The notes below the pieces were generated by a model. It did not search any database. It had not been told where the DNA came from and saw only the letters and a program-made list of their open reading frames with translations. The position numbers were made by a program, and so were the translations under genes. A stretch of 64,000 bases of DNA from a virus. Shown here piece after piece: positions 35,001-43,703 of this stretch (its first letter is position 1; the number at the start of each line of letters is the position of its first letter). Where the stretch lies: positions 1-64,000 of IMG/VR virus record IMGVR_UViG_3300031251_000011. One strand, 5' to 3'.

Positions 35001-35625
35001 CCGTTCCCGTGATTGTGTACTCGCCCAAGACGGAACCGTTCACGCGGAGAACGCGCGTGTCGGTCCCCCCTGTCACCGTCGTGCTTCCGACCGTGATGCC
35101 TGCCGCGGTCGGGTTGACCCACGTCCCGTCGCCCCGCAGGAACGTCGAGGAGCTGGCGCCGCTGCCGGAGTTGAAGCGGTTGACGGAGACCGTGCCCGTG
35201 AGGTTGGCGGCGTCGGTCCCCGTGGCGAACGCGCCGAACAGGACGCCGTTGGTCTTCGTGACGGAGATGGCGCCGACGTTGGACAGCGTGGCGTCGCCGG
35301 AGAGGGCGCGCGCGGTGGCAATGCCCGAAGCGTTGCCGACGAAGAGCGCGCCCGGCGTGAGCGCGTTCGACATGCCGCCCAGGTTGGTGAGGGCCGCGGC
35401 AGCGGAAGTCGCGCCGGTGCCGCCGTAGACGATCGGGATGCCGCCCGTGTAATAGCCGACCTTGTTGGTCCACTGGCGCTGCCACTCCTGCGGCGTGGGA
35501 ACGTAGCCCAGCGACCAGTTGGGACCGAAGAACGGACCGTTGACCGAGGGCGTCGGCTGCGCGGCCGCGCCGCCCGCCAGGAGCAGGAGCGCGGAGGTGA
35601 GGGAAAGGAGGAGCTTCTTAATCAT
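32098..35625 (-). CDS. Large tail-fibre/adhesin-like protein with N-terminal signal peptide and 14-aa NTAxG beta-roll repeats
   Basis: MIKKLLLSLTSALLLLAGGAAA-Q; GGTGATSAAAALTNLG and TFLRGDGTW fibre motifs; many N[TV]x[IV]G repeats; duplicated C-terminal module. Confidence 0.8.
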   Translation of the reverse strand: MIKKLLLSLTSALLLLAGGAAAQPTPSVNGPFFGPNWSLGYVPTPQEWQRQWTNKVGYYTGGIPIVYGGTGATSAAAALTNLGGMSNALTPGALFVGNASGIATARALSGDATLSNVGAISVTKTNGVLFGAFATGTDAANLTGTVSVNRFNSGSGASSSTFLRGDGTWVNPTAAGITVGSTTVTGGTDTRVLRVNGSVLGEYTITGTGTVVAMQTSPSFTTPSLGAATGTSLTLGTPTGGSEGSGTLNLAAYLYQNGNITVADVPTFSSGFALAPIVPSLTSSSTGGHGECSGSYGLWIIGIGKNAASSLTNGCKSIAIGYNAFNAAVHDSASIAIGPLALQVMNGGDANTAIGYQSMGALTGASIFNVGVGNSTMEQHTSGSYNTAVGAHSMLAGLTGDENTGFGNSALYAVSGGNRNTAVGSDAASALVAANDVVAIGRRALYALVSGDGNVGIGLAAMQAQTSGSGNTGVGYQVLINNVTGAGNSAVGDHALYNATTSTDTVAVGRDAGYGVGGTYTATGNTLVGKQAGYSIATGTAANVFVGNAAGYGATTGAQNVIVGASSSSAGLNQLTTGSQNISIGFDNALASATANGQLVIGNAIYGTGLTGTGSTISTAKIGILTKAPAVELDVAGTINASVNLSVAGKLITLGGNLTMTGAYNTTFAMPGAYTYTMPAATSTVATTVLGGTPGNVACYTATGVQDCGVAPVTSAGATSVFGNNTGSPAAPMFNTTLLLAGSVSNPPYSSLADPTSGMYFRTATVVNIAASGKRVAEFEAPGTLGYYLRFDANDTPTVSAQGATNVNLQLSGNGTSGVDILSNLTNVTIARFFSSGNSSVNYFTLTAALTTASPTLAAAGSDTDVGLTFNTKGAGKQLFQIGGVTKLDYGLTNASAWTVSSASFFTGAAAFSSTVTLPTGAAQLLFSTDLLLGRAAAANLRLGAADVDTAPVAQTISMQNVLAGGTSNIAGASITIAAGQGKGTGYGGSIFFKTSNQGSTGTTVNALQTAFQIGPGGSSNNYILVASNNTPSIVAQGSTNLNMQLSGNGATGVDVMTNNIQQYIARFGVHGAAGAMVNYWAINGNVTANPVELLATGSDSNISISLTPKGSGAVNVSTGIVHTPNATIVAAALTGTIISVNTATAPAIGSALALGGAAYALAVYNGVQWTVIGN

Positions 35626-37484
35626 ACCAGGTTCACCTCTATGCAGGCCGCCGTAACCGTCGGGGCCTGGTTTATACGAACGTTAGTCGCGGTCTGGTCC
35701 GGGACCACAGCCTGGAACGCCTCAAGCGCGACCTTCTGCGCGGCGCTTACCGAGTAGCGCCCCGCGGCCCCCGATGTGCCTGAGAGCTGCGCCGTGATCG
35801 TCGTGCCTTCGTTGATGTTGCCGTCAGCGTCGAACAGGAACTGCCCGACCGCGAGCGTCCCCGACGTGACCGTAGCGACCACAGCTACGGCGCTCGTGGT
35901 TGTCAGGGCAGCGGCTGACGCCGTCGTCGCCACGCTGGTCGTGTAATCCCCTGTCCCTCCGGTCGTGCCGCTGTCCTGAGAGAGGATCGTCGTTCCCGAA
36001 GGGGCGCCGGTTCCGACGACTGTGTCGCCGACCGACACGTAGCCGGTCAGAGAGCTGATCGTAAGAGTTGTGCCGACCGCTGTTCCCGTGAACGACGCGC
36101 CAATGGCCAGCGTCCCGGTCGCGGTCGGGAGGTTCTCCGTGCCGAGCAGCAGCGAGACGATGTTCGCCCACGAGCCAAGCGCGGCGACAGGGGGATAGAA
36201 GCGGCTGGCATAGACCGGGTAGCCGATCCTGGCGCGCTGGCCTCCGTCCGCCCCGGCGAAGGCCGCTATGACGGCAGCCTGCACTTGAGCCTCGAAGTCC
36301 GCGGGGACCTCGGGGCTGTTGGCCAGGTTAACGCGGAACACGAACGGCAGAGACGACGGTCGCTCGAACTTCACCGTGTACGCGGCGCCGGGCGGCGGCA
36401 CCTGCGTGTTGAGGTCGTAGACGGTGACGGTCGTGTTGCCGTCGTACCAAGCGCAGCCCGGCGACTTCTTCGACCAGGCCGCGGTCGCCACAGCGTCATC
36501 GGTCCCGCCCACGGCCGCGACGTACAGGCAGTTCGGCCCGAGCACGACGCCGCCGAGGTTCATCTCCGAGGCCGCGACGGTCTGCGACACGCTAACGGTC
36601 CAGTCGTTCCCGCTTATGAAGCTGACGATCGTTGTGCCGTTGGCGACCGGGACGTTGGAGGCTGACGAGCCGGTGAGCGTTTGCCCCGCCGCGATGAAGC
36701 CGCTGACAACGCTCGTGACCGTGAGCGTGGTTCCGCTTATCGAGCCCTGGACGACGCCCGTCGGCGTGTAGCCCACCTCATACGAGTTCGGGTTGTCGTT
36801 TACGTAAGCGTCGAGCACGCCGCTCACGTTCAGCACCGCGCCGTAGACCGACGGGATGAAACCGACCGTGTTGAGCGCCACCGACAGCTCGCGCCGGGTC
36901 TCGAACGCGGACCTGCTCTCCACCGCGTTGCCGAGCACGCCGTCGGTCGGGTTGTTGATGCTGTCCCAGCCCGGTATGGACCTGTAGACCCGGTTCAGCG
37001 TGTCGGCGGGACAGCTGACCGGACCCGTGACCTGACAGGCGAAGTCCAGGGTGATCGAACCACCAACCGGTATCACTCCGCCCGACACGGCGTAGTAGAG
37101 GTTGCCGTCAGAAGCTATGGCGAGGGCGCCCGGCGGTATCGGCGTGTTGGCCAGACCGATGCAGAGGCACGACGCCACGGTGCTCTGCGCGGGAAGCCGG
37201 GTCATGAAATAGATGCGGCCGATCGCGTCCTGCAGGCGGCCCGTGGAGAACGCGGGGTCCACTCCGTTGGCCAGCGCGCAGAACGTGTCGTTCGCGTCGC
37301 CGACTATCGCCGACTCGCTGGCGACCAACTGCCCCTGCGGCGTGGGGTTGGTGACCGTGCCAAAGTTAAGCTCCACCCCAAACGCCTGGTTCCAGTCGAG
37401 CTTCAGGCCCGCCAGAACGTCCGGCTCGGTCGGAGGCACGAACCCCGTGGCGGTGAACGTCGGCTTCGGAACGTTGGTTGTCAT
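35622..37484 (-). CDS. Baseplate J-like protein with three inserted accessory domains
   Basis: TPQGQL, DPAFSTGRLQDAIGRIYF, IPGWDSINN, ES...FETRR. Confidence 0.9.
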   Translation of the reverse strand: MTTNVPKPTFTATGFVPPTEPDVLAGLKLDWNQAFGVELNFGTVTNPTPQGQLVASESAIVGDANDTFCALANGVDPAFSTGRLQDAIGRIYFMTRLPAQSTVASCLCIGLANTPIPPGALAIASDGNLYYAVSGGVIPVGGSITLDFACQVTGPVSCPADTLNRVYRSIPGWDSINNPTDGVLGNAVESRSAFETRRELSVALNTVGFIPSVYGAVLNVSGVLDAYVNDNPNSYEVGYTPTGVVQGSISGTTLTVTSVVSGFIAAGQTLTGSSASNVPVANGTTIVSFISGNDWTVSVSQTVAASEMNLGGVVLGPNCLYVAAVGGTDDAVATAAWSKKSPGCAWYDGNTTVTVYDLNTQVPPPGAAYTVKFERPSSLPFVFRVNLANSPEVPADFEAQVQAAVIAAFAGADGGQRARIGYPVYASRFYPPVAALGSWANIVSLLLGTENLPTATGTLAIGASFTGTAVGTTLTISSLTGYVSVGDTVVGTGAPSGTTILSQDSGTTGGTGDYTTSVATTASAAALTTTSAVAVVATVTSGTLAVGQFLFDADGNINEGTTITAQLSGTSGAAGRYSVSAAQKVALEAFQAVVPDQTATNVRINQAPTVTAACIEVNLV

Positions 37485-37487
37485 CGC

Positions 37488-37847
37488 CTAGAACCTCGCC
37501 TGCGCCTTGGCGCTGGTGATCTCGTCAGTTATCTGGACCTGCCCCGTGACCTCGCGGTTGGCGACCGAGTCGATCACGCAGAGCGCGGATATTACCCCCG
37601 GCACCGTCAGGGCAGCCTGCTCGAACTTGGCTTTCATGAGCGCCAGCGGCGGGAGGTGGCCCAGTATCTCCTGCCAGTAAGGGATGCCCTGGTTCACGTC
37701 GTACTGCAGCTCGCCGCGGAACAGCCTGATGGCGCTCGCCGCGTCCTGCGCCTGGCTGTAGGGGTCGCTGGCGAGCGCCAGGTTGCCGGCCTGGTCCAGC
37801 ACGAGGTCCCAGGTGTCGACGTCGAGGAGCAGCGTTTTCATCTTCAC
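37488..37847 (-). CDS. Baseplate wedge / sheath initiator
   Basis: TLLLD..TWDL.LD..GNLA...AQDAASAIRLFRGE..YD...GIPY; synteny. Confidence 0.8.
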   Translation of the reverse strand: MKMKTLLLDVDTWDLVLDQAGNLALASDPYSQAQDAASAIRLFRGELQYDVNQGIPYWQEILGHLPPLALMKAKFEQAALTVPGVISALCVIDSVANREVTGQVQITDEITSAKAQARF

Positions 37848-38692
37848 GTCCCCGGGGTCGGCGGGTTGGTCGGAACTTCCGTGTCGCCGTGGCTGTCGTT
37901 GCCCTGCGTGTGCGTGTGCGTGGTGAGCCCGACGCCGCCAGGGCCGTTGCCCTCCACGGTGCCGCCGAACACGGCGCCTCCGGAGACGTCTAGCGCGCCG
38001 TTTATCTTGAAGCTCGTCGTCGTGGCTTCGATCATCCCCGGCTTCAGGTTCATAATGTTGCCGTTACAGTCCTCCAGCTTCATACCTTCCGAGCTGGTCG
38101 TGATCTTGTTCCCGAACTTGTCGGTCGTGACCACGCCGCTCTCGCCGGTCTCGGTGCTGTTGCCCTGGTTGTCCAGGAGCACGTAGCCTTTCGCCTTGAA
38201 CCTGACATACTGATCCGAGACACCGTTGAGAACCGGCCCCACGTACACGCCGTCGGCCGCGTCGTAGCGCCGGCTTGAGCCCGGCGTCGCCGCGTCGCGG
38301 TTGGCCTTGACCGACGAGATGTCGCGGTCGGCGCAGGCCATAGCCCCGATGTCGCCCGCCTTCGGGTCGCATATGACGGCGCTCCCGCCGCCCTGCTGCC
38401 TGGTGAACGGCACACCGTAGATGATGCCGTGCGGGGTGGCCTGGTTCGCGCCGTCCACCTGCGACACAAGCGGCTGCACGTCCACGAAGCCGGTCGGCCC
38501 GACGACGCCCGTGTCGTCCGGAGACACAGGTGACATGTTCGAGTCGTAGACCGCGATGACTTTCACGATCTTCGTCGTAGCTACCTGCGCGATCGCCTGA
38601 GCTATCTGGAACGCCCTGACGTTGAACTCCGACGAGGTGTCGAACGGACCCTGCTGGCCTACTCCCGCCGCTGGCGTGACTTCGTCTGTCAT
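37844..38692 (-). CDS. Baseplate central spike (gp138/gpV-like)
   Basis: VDVQPLV, DPKAGDIG...ADRDIS, C-terminal THTH metal-binding tip. Confidence 0.88.
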   Translation of the reverse strand: MTDEVTPAAGVGQQGPFDTSSEFNVRAFQIAQAIAQVATTKIVKVIAVYDSNMSPVSPDDTGVVGPTGFVDVQPLVSQVDGANQATPHGIIYGVPFTRQQGGGSAVICDPKAGDIGAMACADRDISSVKANRDAATPGSSRRYDAADGVYVGPVLNGVSDQYVRFKAKGYVLLDNQGNSTETGESGVVTTDKFGNKITTSSEGMKLEDCNGNIMNLKPGMIEATTTSFKINGALDVSGGAVFGGTVEGNGPGGVGLTTHTHTQGNDSHGDTEVPTNPPTPGT

Positions 38693-39576
38693 CGTGTCAG
38701 CGGCAGCGGCGTGTCAGGGTCGTAAGCCGAGATCGTCGACTGCCACTTGCCGTTGGGCGTCCGGCTGTCGAGCAGATGGTCCACCGCGCCGACCGCCCAC
38801 ACGCCGTTGGCGGGGGTGAGAGTGCTGACCACCTTGATCTTGCCGCCGAACCGGATAGCGGGGTTGAACGACGTCTGCAGCATGAGACCCTGCGACGTGA
38901 AGGCCGGGTATCCGATCATCCCCGTGTCGGGCGCCACAACTATGACCTGTCCCTTCCTGGCCCTGTTCTTCGGCCATACCGACAGGATGCCGTTGTCTAT
39001 GATCCAGTCGATGTTCGCGGCGTCGACGGCCCGCTGCGCCTGGCTCCGGTACGACCCCGAGAAGTACGGGTTGGAGAGTATCACGGAGACGCCGTTACCC
39101 TCGAAGACCAGCCCCATCTGTTTCGCGAGGTACGCCAGCACCGTGGAAACGTCGGTCGCGCCCTTGAAGCTCGTCGCCTTGGCGTTCACGACGTCCTCGG
39201 CCAGACCCGCGCTCGCGTCCACGCGGAACGCCACGTCCGGCGCGCCCTGCGCGTCGAAGTACGCGTTGAATATGGTCCCCTGAAAAACGGTGAACATACC
39301 TTCGGAGTCGCCGGCCGACAGAACCACGGTGTCTCTCGGCACCGTGCTGATTTTCATTCCCAGCGTGGACAGCTGGTTCATCTGCGACAGGGTCATCCCG
39401 TACACGGTTATCTGCGCGGTGCTCTTCATGACGCCGCCGGCCTTGACTATCCTGGACGATATGCGCAAGCCCTTCAGCGTGATCGTGTTGACCTTGGTGC
39501 CCTTGAAGTTCACCGCGCTGCCGTTCCTCGGCGCCAGCGTGAACGTGATGTCGAGCAGCTTCGCCGTGAAGCTCAT
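38689..39576 (-). CDS. Baseplate hub protein
   Basis: AQITVYGM, VFQGTI, TGMIGYP, NPAIRFGG, NGKW; synteny. Confidence 0.82.
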   Translation of the reverse strand: MSFTAKLLDITFTLAPRNGSAVNFKGTKVNTITLKGLRISSRIVKAGGVMKSTAQITVYGMTLSQMNQLSTLGMKISTVPRDTVVLSAGDSEGMFTVFQGTIFNAYFDAQGAPDVAFRVDASAGLAEDVVNAKATSFKGATDVSTVLAYLAKQMGLVFEGNGVSVILSNPYFSGSYRSQAQRAVDAANIDWIIDNGILSVWPKNRARKGQVIVVAPDTGMIGYPAFTSQGLMLQTSFNPAIRFGGKIKVVSTLTPANGVWAVGAVDHLLDSRTPNGKWQSTISAYDPDTPLPLTR

Positions 39577-39890
39577 GACTCAAGCGCCGTGAGGTCGGCG
39601 GAGTTCAGGTAGACCAGCTGAAACCTGGTCCCAAGCTCCGCGAAGTACGGGTTGTCACGCGCGCCGCTGGAGTCGTAGAACACCAGGTCACCCACGAGCC
39701 CGAGGTACGCGTCGCGCACGATGCGGTTCATGTTCTGGCAGATCACGAGCCCGACTATCTCGACGTTCTCCACCTGCACGTTGATGAACAGCCCGCTCGC
39801 GAGCTGCCGCAGCGTCAGGACGACCTGCTGGTCGGCGAGGATCACGCCGAACGTCTGCGCGGGGGTTGCGCGGAGCGGGATCAGCTGCAT
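39573..39890 (-). CDS. Small baseplate protein
   Basis: MQLIPL...PAQTF...YLG..GDLVF.D...LGTRFQLVY; synteny. Confidence 0.78.
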   Translation of the reverse strand: MQLIPLRATPAQTFGVILADQQVVLTLRQLASGLFINVQVENVEIVGLVICQNMNRIVRDAYLGLVGDLVFYDSSGARDNPYFAELGTRFQLVYLNSADLTALES

Positions 39891-39894
39891 GGCG

Positions 39895-40479
39895 TCACGG
39901 GGCGTTGAAGGCTGCGCTGATGATCGACTGCTGGCTCGCCGTCGTATCTTTTGCCTGCACCTGGCCCCCGTCCTGCGTCGCGGCCCCGCTGGGCGCCGCC
40001 GTGTCGGTCGTTGCGACGGTCGCGTTCTCTCTGATCTCCGTCAACCACACGGCCACGGTTATCAGGCCGGCGCCGTTCACGGCGGTTCGCCTGTAATCGT
40101 AGTGCATGATGTTGACGCTGGTGTAGGTCTTCTCCGGCGTCACGACGTCGTACTTCTTGAGGTCCCCGGCCACCTGGTCGATGGAGGCGAGCAGGTGCTG
40201 ACGGTTCCTGAAGCTGCCGCCCGAGCTGAACGTGATGCGGGCGGAGAACGGCGTGTCGACCTTGTCGTAGCTCTCGAACGCCCCCTGTTCCATCGGGTAG
40301 TCCGCGACGGTCCACTCCTGCTTGTACTCGAAGTTCACGACGTTGTCGGCGACCACGACCGACTCGCCGCTGTCGTTGAAGATACCCCACAGCGGTTCGA
40401 TGATACCGAACGCGGCGAGGTCCCGCTGGATTATCGTCGGGCCGCCGCCGAAGCCGAAGACCGTCGGGAGACTGGCCAC
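39895..40479 (-). CDS. Tail tube initiator / Dit-like baseplate protein
   Basis: WGIF, DYPMEQGAFESYDKV, YDVVTPEKTY; follows tape measure. Confidence 0.8.
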   Translation of the reverse strand: MASLPTVFGFGGGPTIIQRDLAAFGIIEPLWGIFNDSGESVVVADNVVNFEYKQEWTVADYPMEQGAFESYDKVDTPFSARITFSSGGSFRNRQHLLASIDQVAGDLKKYDVVTPEKTYTSVNIMHYDYRRTAVNGAGLITVAVWLTEIRENATVATTDTAAPSGAATQDGGQVQAKDTTASQQSIISAAFNAP

Positions 40480-40481
40480 GG

Positions 40482-42605
40482 CTAAATCTGCCCATAGTTC
40501 GAGTTGGCGGCGAACGTGTTCCGCTCCAGCGCCGGCTTGATGTCATCGGCGATGCCCTGGGCGTCGGTCGCCTGCGTGTTGACGACGATCGTCCCGATGT
40601 TGGTCTCGCTGCTGGACGTCCCAGGTATCTGGAACGGGGGAAGCGCGGCGGCAGAAACCGCAGCAGCGGCCGGCGCTCCCGTTGGGACTGTAGCCTGAGG
40701 TTGTGAACCAGGGGGACGGTATAGCTCGGCGGCGAGAGCAGAGCGTTTCACAGCCTCAAGGCCTGCGTATTTAGGGCGCTCGTACAGCGTCGATAACACG
40801 CGTGCGGCTTCTCCAGGGCTTCCTGTACGCTTCAGCGCTTCTCCCGCCGCACGTTCACTGTTACGCAACTCCCAGTCCGTGAACCTTCTCTGCTCGTCAC
40901 GCGTTGACTCACGTATGTCATGCCCGAACACCTGCTTGAAGTTGGCCTGGCGATCAGGATGCCACTGGTGAAGGCCATATGCTTTACCGCCATCACCAAC
41001 GGCGTTTTTGTCACCTGTGCTTTCCGCAACGGTGTTGGCAACGATGCCGGTGGCCTGCTCTCGGGTCCATCCGAGCGCTTGGTACGCGGCGATGTCCTCG
41101 TCTATCTGCTTGCGATCAGCCGGCGCTTTTATAGCGCCGCCTCCCGCTGCCGCGCTAGCACCAGGGCCGTCTGTGTCGGTCTTCTGCCCCCACCCGCCGG
41201 TAGAGTCCTTCTCAAACAGGTTGCCACCCGTAATCGCGCGCCAGATCACGTTAGCCCGTTCCATAACCCAGTCAAAGCCGGCGCTGAACGCCTGCTTAAT
41301 AGCGTCGTAGATCGCAGGCGTCGCGTTGTAGATAGCTTTAGCCAGGCCGTCCCAAAAATTGACCCACTGCGTTCCGATGGCACCTACGAGATTGCTCCAC
41401 GCAGACTTCACGTCCTCGGCGGTCCCGAAGAACAGCGCGTACGCCAGCCTCCAGCCGGCAGCCCAGATGTTGAACGTGTCGACCATGAGCTGCTTCAGGC
41501 CGCTCAGGATCGGCATGACGCTACCGCCGATGTCGTCCCACACCTTGGTCGCCGTGTCCCTGATCGCGTTCCACTTGTCTGTGACGTACTGCCAGAACTC
41601 CCCAAACTGCGACTTGCCTCCCTCGTTCCACGTCCGCCAGTCGTCGTAGAGCAGAGCGCCAGCGACGGCGAGCGCCGCCACCCAGGCGATCGGTCCGCCG
41701 AACGCCAGGCCCAGCGCAACCACTGCCGCCGTCACTCCGGCGAACGCGAGCTTCAGCTTTTCCGGGTTCGCCTGGAACCACACGAACACGTCCTGCAGCT
41801 TCTTCAGCAGGTTGTTGAACGCCGGCGACAGGCTCTGGAGTATCATGCGGCCCAGCGTCGTGAACGACTGCGTGACGCCGGCCGTGTTGTACTGCAGCTC
41901 CTGGGCGGCCGCGGCCTGCTCCTTGGTGACGGTGCCCCAGCGCTGCTGATCCTGCATGAACTTGTTGAACACCTCATCGCTCTGGATGAGGATGTTGATG
42001 AGGTCCTGCCCGAGCCCCATGCCGGAGAGGATGGCGGTCGAGCGCGCCGCGTCCATGCCCTGCACGGCCTTGTGGAGGTCCGGGAGCATGTCGACGGCCG
42101 TGCGCATCTGACCGTTGGCACCCATCAGCGACAGGTTGACCGCCGGGGCGAACGCCTGCAGCGCGCGGAGGTACGGGATCACGCTGGACTCGCCCGTGAG
42201 CGAGAGGTTCACGAGAGACTGGTTGAGCGAGTTGATGCCACCCGTGACGCCGGCCGCCGACCCGCCCGTGGCGTTGGCTATCCCCTGCCACCTCGACAGC
42301 GTCTGCGTGGTCGTCCCGACGATGACGGCCATGCGCCCGAGCGCGGCGTCGTTCTGCACCAGGTCCGCCGTGAACTGCTTGATGCCCTTGCCGCCCATGA
42401 AGGCCGCGGCGAGCATGAGCACGCGTCCCTGGAGCTGCTGCAGGAACTCGCCGGACTTCTTGGCGCTCTCCTCGATGGCCTTGCCCGAAGACTTCGCCTC
42501 GTCCTTCGTCTTCAGCCACGCTTGCGCCGCGGCCTTCTGCCCCGCGTTGAAACCCGCGGGGTCGAGGCCGAGCGTTACGATGAGACTGTCGACGACTGTG
42601 GGCAT
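40482..42605 (-). CDS. Tape measure protein with C-terminal phage-tail lysozyme domain
   Basis: VDSLIVTLGLD start, Ala/Trp-rich helical body, GIVANTVAEST...GDGGKAYGLHQWHPDRQ...YERP. Confidence 0.9.
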   Translation of the reverse strand: MPTVVDSLIVTLGLDPAGFNAGQKAAAQAWLKTKDEAKSSGKAIEESAKKSGEFLQQLQGRVLMLAAAFMGGKGIKQFTADLVQNDAALGRMAVIVGTTTQTLSRWQGIANATGGSAAGVTGGINSLNQSLVNLSLTGESSVIPYLRALQAFAPAVNLSLMGANGQMRTAVDMLPDLHKAVQGMDAARSTAILSGMGLGQDLINILIQSDEVFNKFMQDQQRWGTVTKEQAAAAQELQYNTAGVTQSFTTLGRMILQSLSPAFNNLLKKLQDVFVWFQANPEKLKLAFAGVTAAVVALGLAFGGPIAWVAALAVAGALLYDDWRTWNEGGKSQFGEFWQYVTDKWNAIRDTATKVWDDIGGSVMPILSGLKQLMVDTFNIWAAGWRLAYALFFGTAEDVKSAWSNLVGAIGTQWVNFWDGLAKAIYNATPAIYDAIKQAFSAGFDWVMERANVIWRAITGGNLFEKDSTGGWGQKTDTDGPGASAAAGGGAIKAPADRKQIDEDIAAYQALGWTREQATGIVANTVAESTGDKNAVGDGGKAYGLHQWHPDRQANFKQVFGHDIRESTRDEQRRFTDWELRNSERAAGEALKRTGSPGEAARVLSTLYERPKYAGLEAVKRSALAAELYRPPGSQPQATVPTGAPAAAAVSAAALPPFQIPGTSSSETNIGTIVVNTQATDAQGIADDIKPALERNTFAANSNYGQI

Positions 42606-42622
42606 GGGTGCGGTTGCCTCGG

Positions 42623-43227
42623 TCAGCTCTTCTGCTGCGCGCGCTTCTGCTGCAGGCGCCGGTTGTGGGCGTCCACGGCTACGATCTCAAGGAGGTCGTA
42701 CACGTCCCTCAGGGAGTAGACGGTCTGGCATTCCGCGAGGGTTGCCTTGCCGGACGAGACGGCTGCGCCGATTGAGGCGGGGACGTTCCGGTATTCGGCG
42801 TACCCTCCTTCGCTCCCGAGTTCAAGTTCGAGAGGAAGTCGGCTATAGAAAAATTTGCGTGGAGAGCGATCACCTCCATGCGTATGTCGAGGACGGTGCC
42901 GATCTCCTCGATGTCCCCGTCAGCAAGCGCCCGCTGGTAGAGCGGGTTCTTGACCGGGTCCGGCACGACCTGCACGCACTCGAACATCTCGTCCAGGAGC
43001 GGCTTGGCGTCGAGCGGGTCGAGCTTGGCGATCGCCTGAATGCCCAGCGCCGCCACGGCCTGGAGCGAGGGCTGTGCGTTGTCGGGGAACTCCACGCCGC
43101 GCCGGGCGAGCGCGAGGAAGAGCCGCGTCGCCCACCACTCTGTCTTCATCGCGTCGGCTTCCGTGAGCCTGAACATCTTCTGCGCGTCACGACCTTTGGT
43201 CGCGACGAAGTCTCTCTGCTGCCTCAT
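42623..43227 (-). CDS. Tail assembly chaperone; short form 43227-42709 and -1 frameshifted long form ending 42623
   Basis: Slippery A-AAT-TTT at 42856-42850; -1 frame open to TGA at 42623 encoding ATLAECQTVYSLRDVYDLLEI. Confidence 0.82.
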
Positions 43228-43256
43228 CTGCCTCTGCCTCTCTCAGTTTGTGACGC

Positions 43257-43691
43257 CTACGTCGGGTTCGGCACCGCCTGCTGCCAGGTGATCTCCATCT
43301 TGCGGGGCTTGAGCGTCTTGCCCGCGTCGGGGATTGGCATGTAGCCTGTCAGGAAGCCCTGCGTCATCGCCCACTTCTTGCCCAGGCTCTTGAGCGTGAT
43401 GACCGCCTGCGCGGTGTAGGTCTCCTGCGCCACCTGCATCGCCGACCACCACTGGTCGAACTGTTCGAGCGAAGGCGAGTTGGCCTGCAGCATGATCGAC
43501 TGCACGACGGGGACGAACACGAAGCCTCCCGACAGGATGCCGTCGACGCCCATCGAGACCTCGACGGACTTGAGCATCTCCGTCGAGAAGATGTCGTCAG
43601 CCGCGAACTGCTGGAGCTGCTGCGGGGAGCTGAACACGCCCGGGATCGTGAGCATGTAAACCGCCGTGGCGGAGGTGAGTGAGCCGGCCAT
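43257..43691 (-). CDS. Tail tube protein
   Basis: LQQFAADD...MGVDG.LSGG...LQANSPS; between sheath and chaperone. Confidence 0.85.
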   Translation of the reverse strand: MAGSLTSATAVYMLTIPGVFSSPQQLQQFAADDIFSTEMLKSVEVSMGVDGILSGGFVFVPVVQSIMLQANSPSLEQFDQWWSAMQVAQETYTAQAVITLKSLGKKWAMTQGFLTGYMPIPDAGKTLKPRKMEITWQQAVPNPT

Positions 43692-43703
43692 TTCGTTCGC
43701 TCC

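Noticed and set aside
26208-35625. Diversity-generating retroelement or invertible fibre cassette
   Set aside because: No reverse transcriptase, invertase or template/variable repeat pair seen in the window.
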